Made by a program: the position numbers and the translations under genes. The notes below the pieces were generated by a model, which saw nothing but the letters and a program-made list of their open reading frames with translations, was not told where the DNA came from and ran no database searches. Shown here in pieces: positions 16,809-24,307 of a stretch of DNA of 27,896 bases (the first letter of the stretch is position 1; each line of letters starts with the position of its first letter). The DNA is from a virus (taxonomy: Duplodnaviria > Caudoviricetes). The stretch is taken from the IMG/VR virus record IMGVR_UViG_3300032081_000130, positions 1 to 27,896 of that record, one strand, 5' to 3'.

Positions 16809-16838
16809 CCTCGTGTTGTGTACGATGGTGAGGACTGC

Positions 16839-16867
16839 ATGGTAGTGGTAGGCTATGACTTATGCAA
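16839..16867 (-). promoter_or_regulatory. Putative sigma70-type promoter TTGCAT-N17-TACCAT
   Basis: Exact 17-nt spacer. It lies in the only gap between the helicase stop and the HTH/SSB/primase gene run. Confidence 0.5.
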
Positions 16868-18395
16868 GTATTTCTTTGTATAAATCAATAATTTTTGTGT
16901 GCGTATCTATCTTATTATCTAGTAATGAGTAAACACGCTTTTCGATGTGCGATCCCTGCAACTGCACAACTGTGCACTTGTGATCTTGCCCCGCTCTGTG
17001 CACACGCGCATTGGCCTGTGCATACGTTTCGACTGAGCTTGTTGGCCCCCACCATACCACAGTATTTGCAGCGGTCAGTGTAACTCCATGCGCTGCGGCT
17101 TGGGGTTGAATCACTAAGACTCTGGGGGCATCCGAGGTTTGGAATGCTTTGAATATATCAGTGCGTTGCGAAGCAGAAACAGCACCGCTAATTACTTCAG
17201 TAGTGATACCGTCTTTACGTAGCTTATCGGCAAGCAGCTTAATCGTGTGTTTGAACGGAACGAACACCAGCACTTTCTTACTCGACTCATCTATAACCTC
17301 ACGCAACACTTTGTATCGGTGCTTGATGTCGAACTCCAATGTCTCGCCGCCATCTGTATAGACCGCACCAGAACTTATTTGCAGGAGCTTGTTCATGTTT
17401 ACGGCTGCGGTATTGGTGGTAATCTCCTCACCAGCCGCCTGCATAATCATTTTGTCTTTCAGTTCTTTGTAGTATTTCTGCTGCTGCCGAGTCAACTCAA
17501 CCTCTCGTTTGGTATATACGATCTCAGGCAGGTCGAGGCATTCTTCTTTTGTAAATCGAATCGCAGGTTGCAATGCTTTGAAGACAGTTTCAGTAGCGTC
17601 GGGCTTGGGTATCCACTTAAAGTTAGTCACCTTGTACATGACCATATCTCTGAACGACCCAAAGAACCGAGGCACAGATTTGGGATTAACAAGTTTTGCT
17701 AGGCCATAGGCATCGACAGGACTCTGGGCGGCTGGTGTACCTGTTAACATCCAAAGCCATTTGTCGGAGCCAAGCAATCTGTTCAGTGTCTTCCATCGTT
17801 TCGTCTGTGCGTTCTTGTAGTGAGTTGCCTCATCAACAATTATCAAATCGAACCCACCGTCTGCTACAGCGTCCGCCACAATCTCTACTCCGTCATAATT
17901 TATTATGACGAACTTGGCATCTCCACCAACTATTTCTTCACGTTTCTTAGCAGAACCGTAGGCAATATCTACGGTACGGTGCATCGCAAAGGTAAACAGA
18001 TCTTCTTTCCATGCAGAATCCATGATCGACAACGGGCAGATGATAAGCACCCGATTGATCTTACCTTGGTTCATTAAAAAATCTGCTGCCCATATCGCAC
18101 TGGCTGTCTTGCCAGTGCCCTGTTCGTTAAAACAAAAGGCTCTCTTGTTGAGCGTGAGAAAAGATGAAGTAGTCTTTTGGTGGGCAAACGGTTTGTGCTT
18201 ACCCGTCCACTGGTACTTACCTTCGATAGGCGACGGTGCCTTGATACCAAGATTCTTTAGTACATGCGTTTCATCAATACCCCAATTAACCACTACCTTG
18301 TTATCAGGTAGTGCTTTACTTTTTGGTATGACCTGCGTGACTTTCTCTTGATTGCGGAGCCTGAGTAATAAGGCTTTGTTGTCTATGACTCTCAC
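16860..18395 (-). CDS. SNF2-family (SF2) helicase
   Basis: NEQGTGKT (I), IIVDEATH (II), LTGTP (III), GVTLT (V), QANARVHRAGQ (VI). The GTG start overlaps the upstream TAG. Confidence 0.92.
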   Translation of the reverse strand: MRVIDNKALLLRLRNQEKVTQVIPKSKALPDNKVVVNWGIDETHVLKNLGIKAPSPIEGKYQWTGKHKPFAHQKTTSSFLTLNKRAFCFNEQGTGKTASAIWAADFLMNQGKINRVLIICPLSIMDSAWKEDLFTFAMHRTVDIAYGSAKKREEIVGGDAKFVIINYDGVEIVADAVADGGFDLIIVDEATHYKNAQTKRWKTLNRLLGSDKWLWMLTGTPAAQSPVDAYGLAKLVNPKSVPRFFGSFRDMVMYKVTNFKWIPKPDATETVFKALQPAIRFTKEECLDLPEIVYTKREVELTRQQQKYYKELKDKMIMQAAGEEITTNTAAVNMNKLLQISSGAVYTDGGETLEFDIKHRYKVLREVIDESSKKVLVFVPFKHTIKLLADKLRKDGITTEVISGAVSASQRTDIFKAFQTSDAPRVLVIQPQAAAHGVTLTAANTVVWWGPTSSVETYAQANARVHRAGQDHKCTVVQLQGSHIEKRVYSLLDNKIDTHTKIIDLYKEILA

Positions 18396-18706
18396 TACTG
18401 TGATTCCGACTTAAACAAAACAAGATGGTGTCTGGCTAAGGCGTTCAAGAGTTCAAAGAAAGAATCGATGCCGAGTCCATCTATTGCGTATATCTCTTTT
18501 ACAGTCCACTCAACTAAGTCTTTCACGTATAAAATGCCTGCACCGCGCAAGCAGTTTTGTGTGCGACTATTGAGATTTAGCTCTCGTATGTGCATCTCTG
18601 TTTTAATTGAATCCATATCCCTTCCAATAAAAAGTGTGGTGGTTGGTGGAATTGACGCCTTCAACTCATCGCATTCTCGGACGATGCGTGGGGGGGCGTG
18701 CTTCAT
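18395..18706 (-). CDS. Stand-alone RNA polymerase alpha subunit C-terminal domain (alpha-CTD)-like protein
   Basis: IRELNLNSRTQNCLRGAGILYVKDLVEWTVKEIYAIDGLGIDSFFELLNALARHHLVL aligns without gaps to E. coli RpoA [58 protein letters not shown] (recalled sequence). Alternative start at 18616. Confidence 0.85.
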   Translation of the reverse strand: MKHAPPRIVRECDELKASIPPTTTLFIGRDMDSIKTEMHIRELNLNSRTQNCLRGAGILYVKDLVEWTVKEIYAIDGLGIDSFFELLNALARHHLVLFKSESQ

Positions 18707-18791
18707 TCCACCCTTTCTTTAACAAGGCTCAAGGATAACGCCTCGGAGAGAAGTCGGATGCCACCACTCACCCGACTCGTATGCCCCCACT

Positions 18792-18830
18792 AAAAAAGTC
18801 CCGTCTTCGGTCACACGGACGGGAACGTGC
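18792..18830 (-). terminator. Hairpin plus U6 tract (intrinsic terminator/attenuator), alternatively an H-type pseudoknot
   Basis: Minus strand reads GCACG-T-TCCCGTC-CGTGT-GACCGAA-GACGGGA-C-TTTTTT: a 7-bp stem followed by six T. Confidence 0.55.
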
Positions 18831-18943
18831 TAACTAGGAGAAAGGATACCCCCTGACCTAAGCCATTAAATACAAAATATACGCTACGAGATATATACCA
18901 GCAGCGACACCAACTCCAGCCAAAATACCTTTGACCTCTTCGC

Positions 18944-19246
18944 TCACTGCCTACGCCGTGGTCGGGCAGATGCTTTCTTCAAGGGCTTCTTACCATTACG
19001 ACTACGGTTGGCGCTTTTACTTTCCACACGCACGCCGTCTTTATTTGAACCACCACGGCTTAACGGCTTATTGTGACTTACGTCTTTGCCTTCACGTTTG
19101 TCTGCTCTACCATCTCCGTTGGCATCGCGGCTTGTTCTGTCCATAGCTCTACGCGCACGTTGTCTTTCCATACGTGCTTCATGCGCCCTGCTACCCACAG
19201 GCGGATTCTTTTGTTTCTTACGATCTTTTGGATTCTTGTACGGCAT
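18944..19246 (-). CDS. Small basic HNH-like protein
   Basis: GKDVSHNKPLSRGGSN...VESKSANRSRN resembles an HNH beta-beta-alpha core. Start re-assigned to MPYKNPK, which overlaps the exonuclease stop (TGATG). Confidence 0.7.
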   Translation of the reverse strand: MPYKNPKDRKKQKNPPVGSRAHEARMERQRARRAMDRTSRDANGDGRADKREGKDVSHNKPLSRGGSNKDGVRVESKSANRSRNGKKPLKKASARPRRRQ

Positions 19247-19917
19247 CAGTTCCTTCCATTGTGTGGGCATTCCGTGACAGGACAGTGCCGTTTGCACAAT
19301 CCACTAGGGCTTGGGTTCCATACGTCAGCATCAAACGATGATTGCATATCCCCATACCTAGCTAGCCATTTAACCCATAAATTACTTTCTTCTTGTCGTG
19401 TAAAAGTTTCCTTTATAAGGTCACTACTTACCACGAACAATAAGCCTGCCCGAACAGTCTCCACTTCGGGGTAGTGCTTAAACATAGCTAAGGTCATCAA
19501 TTCTAGCTGGCCTTTGTCTGCATATCTTGCGGACTTACCTGTCTTGTAATCAACAACCCACGCTAACTTGTCCTCACGATCCAGTATCACAAGATCTGCA
19601 ATGCCTCTGAACCACACATCCTTAGCAAAGAAACCGCATGGCTCTAAGTCCTTAGTCAGACCCATCTTAATCTCACACAGCTTCTCACCTTTCTTGGCGT
19701 TCAGCGCGTCAAGTGTATTCTTCGCATAACTAAACCTAGGGTCTAGTTCACCACCATCACGTACGTAAGTCTCCGCAGCTTCGTGAAAAGCTGTTCCATA
19801 CAACGTGGCCTCAGTCTCCTTGAACGGGTACTGCTTGAGCACCTTCTCATGGTAGAACTGCTTGGGGCATTGTTGGAATGCCTTGATCTTACTGAATGAC
19901 CACGGTGCTACGCTCAT
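19246..19917 (-). CDS. PD-(D/E)xK exonuclease, Cas4/RecB-like
   Basis: WSFS...QCP, GTAFH, RGIADL, VVDYKTGK, QL, and C-terminal CKRHCPVTEC (1+3 Cys cluster). Confidence 0.9.
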   Translation of the reverse strand: MSVAPWSFSKIKAFQQCPKQFYHEKVLKQYPFKETEATLYGTAFHEAAETYVRDGGELDPRFSYAKNTLDALNAKKGEKLCEIKMGLTKDLEPCGFFAKDVWFRGIADLVILDREDKLAWVVDYKTGKSARYADKGQLELMTLAMFKHYPEVETVRAGLLFVVSSDLIKETFTRQEESNLWVKWLARYGDMQSSFDADVWNPSPSGLCKRHCPVTECPHNGRN

Positions 19918-20111
19918 TCGATTGGAAGATCAAATGTCAGCTTAAAGTCACGTAACTCAGATACAAGTAGTGCCATGAGAGCTTGGTCAAATGTTATATC
20001 TCTATTGCTCAGACTCTGTAAACGTGTCGCATCGTCTATGACATCATTAGCGTTTTCACGCCGCAGAAACTCATCTAGCGTTTGTTCCTCTTCCTGTTCG
20101 CGGTAACTCAT
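19914..20111 (-). CDS. Hypothetical protein (65 aa)
   Basis: MSYREQ... start overlaps the polymerase stop (TAATG); the stop overlaps the exonuclease start (ATGA). Confidence 0.65.
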   Translation of the reverse strand: MSYREQEEEQTLDEFLRRENANDVIDDATRLQSLSNRDITFDQALMALLVSELRDFKLTFDLPIE

Positions 20112-21940
20112 TACTCGCAATCTCCATACGCTTTTGCTACACCACTCTCGCAGTCCAACGGCAAACCATCTGCCCATGTAGGAACACGGCGCATACACGC
20201 TTCGATGTACGCCTGCCCTTCATCAATCTCGTCTTCTGGTACACATGCTACAACAGAATCATGCACTGTCAATACTGGACGATACTTTTTAGCTATATCT
20301 AACATCTGTTCTGCAATGATACAACGAGCTAATGCCTGACACACGTTCTCAATAATTTTGCCACCGTATATCTTGGTTCGGCCCCGCCGTGTTTTGTATG
20401 TGTAGTCAGTGCCTTCTTCGTTAGAACTTCCCTCCAGCTCCTCGTATCGCATAAGCAGACCAGAGGGTAACTTAATAGCCTGTGCATCACCGACAATCTC
20501 TATAGCCCCATCCCTACCAAACGGTAGCGACTCCCCGTTGTACATGTACTTTAGTGCATAGTTGGCGTCTGCCCACACGTTAGCTATTTTCCAGTTCGTA
20601 TCACGATAGATGCTTATGATACGTCTTGCTTCATTCAACTCTATGTCTGTGCCAAATGATTTCAACTGTGCTTGGAACTTGACTGCACCCATGCCGTACC
20701 CAGCACCGAGGATCGTAGTCTTGCCAACAAACCTCTGCTCTGGTGTTACCTCATGCTCACCTACGCCGTAAATACGCGAAGCCATTTTTATGTAAACGTC
20801 TTCTTTATCACTAAACGCTTGAGTCAAATCATCTTGCTCTGCAAACCACGCCAGCACTCTTGCTTCTATCTGTGATGAGTCGCAGTCCACTAGCATGTAC
20901 CCATCTGGTGCAACGATGCTGCGCTTGAGTTTCTTCGCATTCGGCCCACGGCTAGGTAGATTCTGTACGTTGATCTTGTCATCACCGCCCCACCTGCCGG
21001 TGTGTGCCGCGTAGTATTTTGTTGGAACCGGGAAAGAACCACGTTTTGCTATTTCTATAAACCTCTCAGTGCGTGTTTCTTCCAAGGTACTTTTCAAGCC
21101 CAAACGTGCACTAACAAGTGCCTGCACATGGGGGTTCTCATGCTCTACTAAGCACTTGAATTCCTCATCTGTTTTTGCGAATGCGTAGGTATCTTCGCCA
21201 GTGGTAGGGCTGACCTTCATCGGGGGTTCTACACCTAGACTTCTCAGTGCATCGGCAAACTTCGGGTTGCTCATCAGCGTTTCTTTATCGACTCCAGCTT
21301 CTGATAACAACTTATCTTTAGACTGTTTGATGTCGTACAGATTATCCTCAAGTAAACACGAATCTAGTTCTAACAGCGGATGTATAAACATACGCAGTGT
21401 GCAGTCGATAACCCGCAACTCTTTCTTAGGAAACCCTGCGTTGAGAAAGATATTAAACAGTTTGTAGGTAAGCTCCACATCATTGATGCAGTAGTCACCG
21501 TAGCTGTCTAGCTCATCATCGGTGAAGTCTTCTCGACGTTTACCCAACGCATCTAAGACCTCTGTCCCTTTCTCTCCAATGCTATAGCGTTCAGCTAACG
21601 CTTTGAGACTTCCACTAGCCTCCACCCCATGTAGAGAACGGGCAATGCAAAGAGTGTCAGCCCAAACCCTAGGACGAATATCAAAGAGCCAAGATAATAT
21701 AGCACCGTCGAACATACAGTTATGGGCGAGCACCATACTGTCGGCCCAGTTAAATTCGTGAAGATACTCTTTAAGTTCTTCATGCGTTCCACTCGCCCAC
21801 TCCGTAGCACCATTGTTTACTTTTACTCCTACACCCACGACCTCAAATCTGGGGTCGCGGATGTATTCTTCTGTTGTTAACTTATCAAGAGAAAACTTCT
21901 TATCGTAGTATGTCTCAAAGTCCAAGGTGATAAGATCCAC
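20111..21940 (-). CDS. polA: Family A DNA polymerase with 3'-5' exonuclease
   Basis: Exo I LDFETY, Exo II AHNCMFDG, Exo III YCINDV; motif A DSSQIEARVLA, motif B RFVGKTTILGAGYG, motif C VHDS. Confidence 0.95.
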   Translation of the reverse strand: MDLITLDFETYYDKKFSLDKLTTEEYIRDPRFEVVGVGVKVNNGATEWASGTHEELKEYLHEFNWADSMVLAHNCMFDGAILSWLFDIRPRVWADTLCIARSLHGVEASGSLKALAERYSIGEKGTEVLDALGKRREDFTDDELDSYGDYCINDVELTYKLFNIFLNAGFPKKELRVIDCTLRMFIHPLLELDSCLLEDNLYDIKQSKDKLLSEAGVDKETLMSNPKFADALRSLGVEPPMKVSPTTGEDTYAFAKTDEEFKCLVEHENPHVQALVSARLGLKSTLEETRTERFIEIAKRGSFPVPTKYYAAHTGRWGGDDKINVQNLPSRGPNAKKLKRSIVAPDGYMLVDCDSSQIEARVLAWFAEQDDLTQAFSDKEDVYIKMASRIYGVGEHEVTPEQRFVGKTTILGAGYGMGAVKFQAQLKSFGTDIELNEARRIISIYRDTNWKIANVWADANYALKYMYNGESLPFGRDGAIEIVGDAQAIKLPSGLLMRYEELEGSSNEEGTDYTYKTRRGRTKIYGGKIIENVCQALARCIIAEQMLDIAKKYRPVLTVHDSVVACVPEDEIDEGQAYIEACMRRVPTWADGLPLDCESGVAKAYGDCE

Positions 21941-22131
21941 TACACTCGCTCCCTCTCAGATATGGCTGTAACAACCACACCTGTAGTGAGAGGCATACGG
22001 ACGGTAGTGCCGCAGTCATCTATGGCTTGGTATCGCGCTTCTTCTTCGTTCTTTGCTTCCACCACCACTTGCCTTGAAATGGTTTTCTCAATGGTCACAT
22101 AGAACACTTTAAGATCTGCACCCTCATCCAT
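21940..22131 (-). CDS. Hypothetical small protein (63 aa)
   Basis: MDEGADLKVFYVTIE...VEAKNEEEA, a common small phage beta-alpha pattern. The stop overlaps the polA GTG. Confidence 0.65.
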   Translation of the reverse strand: MDEGADLKVFYVTIEKTISRQVVVEAKNEEEARYQAIDDCGTTVRMPLTTGVVVTAISERERV

Positions 22132-22132
22132 A

Positions 22133-22669
22133 TCAACCCCCCAACCGCTTGATCTCGGCATCTATATAGAACCGAATCTTTTTAGCGTCACGTAGCTTGT
22201 CACTGTGAGAGGACTGTCCGTAACGGTATGTAGCGCGGAATATCTCACCGATCTGAGCATTCATGTCTTTATAAGAGATAAGATCTTGAAGTTCTTTTGC
22301 TTCAGTAGGCAGTTCGTAGTAAGACGCAGTGCTACCGTCGCTAGTTACAGGTTCGTGTTTGTCGTCCTGTACCAGTGTTTGTGGTAACTCGTTTATAAGA
22401 TCCTGCCTGCTATCGTTTGCATATTTGGGTGTGGGAGGGTGTGAAAGCTCAATCTTAGTAGCCCCAGTATCGTCCACCACATGTTTGAATGTACGAGCAT
22501 TGGGAAAATCAAAATCCGTACCCGTCACTGCTTTCTTGCAAAACTCCTGCTTAATACTCCACGCATTGCCGTAGCTACACTTCGCCCACGCCGCAGCTTC
22601 CTTAGTTGTCGCTTCGGGGTTATTCTTGAAATACTTACGCAGCTTCGCTGCCTTGGTTCCATTTGCCAT
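22133..22669 (-). CDS. DUF3310-like (T7 gp1.7-related) protein with N-terminal HTH-like segment
   Basis: C-terminus SYYELP...LQDLI...GEIFRATYRYG...DAKKIRFY; N-terminus NPEATTKEAAAWAKCSYGNAW; SD AGGAGA. Confidence 0.55.
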   Translation of the reverse strand: MANGTKAAKLRKYFKNNPEATTKEAAAWAKCSYGNAWSIKQEFCKKAVTGTDFDFPNARTFKHVVDDTGATKIELSHPPTPKYANDSRQDLINELPQTLVQDDKHEPVTSDGSTASYYELPTEAKELQDLISYKDMNAQIGEIFRATYRYGQSSHSDKLRDAKKIRFYIDAEIKRLGG

Positions 22670-22678
22670 TGTGGTCTC

Positions 22679-23002
22679 CTAAAAATCAAACGCCATTTGG
22701 CGTTCATCAGTTTCTCTTTGGTTGAGAATGTCCGCGACTGTGTGCACGTTGTCCTCGTTTACTACCGCAGCGATGCCATCGCATGAGCGGATTTCTTGTA
22801 GGTTCTTAGTCTGTAGCGTAGTGAGTTTTCCCTTCCCCGCCTTGCATTCAATACCAAAGAACTTACCTTGATAGCACCCAACAATGTCGGGCACACCGCT
22901 GCGCCCATACCCACCCGATACGGGGTAGAAGTAGTACGCACCGATACTTTTAAGGACAGACGTTACCTTGTCCTTCACTTTCTTTTCTGGCGTCTTTGTC
23001 AT
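22679..23002 (-). CDS. VRR-NUC nuclease (Holliday junction resolvase-like)
   Basis: TPEKKVK, GVPDIV, FFGIECKAG, LQ. Start re-assigned to MTKTPE with SD GGAAGGG. Confidence 0.88.
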   Translation of the reverse strand: MTKTPEKKVKDKVTSVLKSIGAYYFYPVSGGYGRSGVPDIVGCYQGKFFGIECKAGKGKLTTLQTKNLQEIRSCDGIAAVVNEDNVHTVADILNQRETDERQMAFDF

Positions 23003-23012
23003 GTTTCCCTTC

Positions 23013-23363
23013 CTATCCGAACACCCAATAGGTCTCGGGGCCAGACCTAAGTCCAACCCCTGCCACCTGTGGCGTTTGTGGTTCCAACACCGAAAGTCTG
23101 AGTACCTTGTCTCTCAGTTCTTCCGGCAGTTTGTCTATTGAATAGTAGACACCACGATATGGACTGTCAACACATTCCATACCAACGCACAATACTTTCC
23201 AACAGTCTATCTTACTATCTACTTTTATGTGATAGATAGGGCCATCATGTGATAACTTGTTCTGTTTAGCTAGTGTTGTTGTTATTGCCTCCACCATAGC
23301 TAAGTTATCGTAATAGTTGGCCCAGTATCTAGTCAGTTCTTTCTTACCAGTTGTCGTGGACAT
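23013..23363 (-). CDS. Hypothetical protein
   Basis: 116-aa ORF filling the gap on the coding strand; SD GAGGA. Confidence 0.7.
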   Translation of the reverse strand: MSTTTGKKELTRYWANYYDNLAMVEAITTTLAKQNKLSHDGPIYHIKVDSKIDCWKVLCVGMECVDSPYRGVYYSIDKLPEELRDKVLRLSVLEPQTPQVAGVGLRSGPETYWVFG

Positions 23364-24261
23364 AGAACATATCCTCTGTGAGCTTCATCCCCACACCCCG
23401 CACATATGTCTGATCCTCCAACACTGTCAGTCGGTTGACGTACGCCGCAAGCTCCTCGTACCTGTCCTTGGTGTCACCTATGGGACTGAGGATCTTAGAC
23501 TCAAAGTAGTTACTGTGGTGGCTGTCCCAATGCTCATCTCCGTTCACCACTGCTTTCGGCACCGGCACCGTAAACAATAGATGATCGTCACCGTACTGAC
23601 TTTTCTTGATGCAGATGAACGTAGCGTTTGTGTTCATGTTTTTGTCTTCAAACAGATCCCATTCGATCTGTGTTGCTTCTCGAACACCCTGTTGAAATGC
23701 ACCTTCTGGTAACTCGTCAACCATTGCTCTGCACGTAGTCCACGCATTAGTAGCACCAGAACTCACTTGTGCAGTGTGGTGTGCGTTGTGTTGAAAGCCC
23801 AAACTGACCATCTTCTCACGTAACTCAGTGTCCAGATTTCTGGTACTACTCGCTCGGGCCTGACGTAACGTATTCATACCCGCCTCTGCGATTCTGCCTG
23901 TCACCCAAGGTTGTAAGTACCTGCAAGCGTTGCTGACCGCAGTCTTCAACCGTTTGCTCATCAGCATGGACTGCTGTTCACTGTAGCTGGCGTACTTGTT
24001 GTTACAGATACTGTGAGCGCAAACAACGTACTGCTTTGTTTCGCCTGTGTCTGTGAACACACCGTAACTGATCCACCCTAGTGGGAACGGGCTATCGTCA
24101 AAGACAAACACTTTATTAGAGCTATAATGCTTTATCTGACGGAAATGTACCCAAGACATCTTGCGTTGCAGTTCCAGCATGAAGTCTCTTATGTGTTCGT
24201 CTGAGATAGACTCGACGGTGACTTCTGCCGTTTCGTTCTTGTGTGTGTATTCGTTTCTCAT
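23344..24261 (-). CDS. Hypothetical protein
   Basis: 305-aa ORF with AAGGAAACAGGA upstream. Confidence 0.8.
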   Translation of the reverse strand: MRNEYTHKNETAEVTVESISDEHIRDFMLELQRKMSWVHFRQIKHYSSNKVFVFDDSPFPLGWISYGVFTDTGETKQYVVCAHSICNNKYASYSEQQSMLMSKRLKTAVSNACRYLQPWVTGRIAEAGMNTLRQARASSTRNLDTELREKMVSLGFQHNAHHTAQVSSGATNAWTTCRAMVDELPEGAFQQGVREATQIEWDLFEDKNMNTNATFICIKKSQYGDDHLLFTVPVPKAVVNGDEHWDSHHSNYFESKILSPIGDTKDRYEELAAYVNRLTVLEDQTYVRGVGMKLTEDMFYVHDNW

Positions 24262-24286
24262 CGTTCCTGTTTCCTTATTTTAGTTT

Positions 24287-24304
24287 GTTCTAACATGTTA
24301 GAAC
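24287..24304. promoter_or_regulatory. 18-bp perfect palindrome GTTCTAACATGTTAGAAC (copy 2)
   Basis: Intergenic, 3 nt after the VWA gene stop and 25 nt before the next ATG. Confidence 0.75.
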
Positions 24305-24307
24305 TCA

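Noticed and set aside
16808-16834. TCCTC/GAGGA pairing that could sequester the SD of 16389..16808
   Set aside because: Only 5-6 bp with a long loop, and the 5' arm may lie at or before the predicted transcription start
18395-18706. Host rpoA fragment or pseudogene from a chimeric assembly
   Set aside because: No ribosomal-protein operon context. It is diverged from RpoA yet intact, has its own RBS-like upstream sequence and shows TAGTG coupling to the phage helicase.
18707-18943. tRNA or known ribozyme in the largest intergenic gap
   Set aside because: No cloverleaf or T-loop consensus and no hammerhead or other ribozyme core recognised by eye
19246-19917. Cas4 as evidence of a CRISPR-Cas system
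   Set aside because: No array or other cas genes; solo Cas4-like exonucleases are routine in phage replication modules
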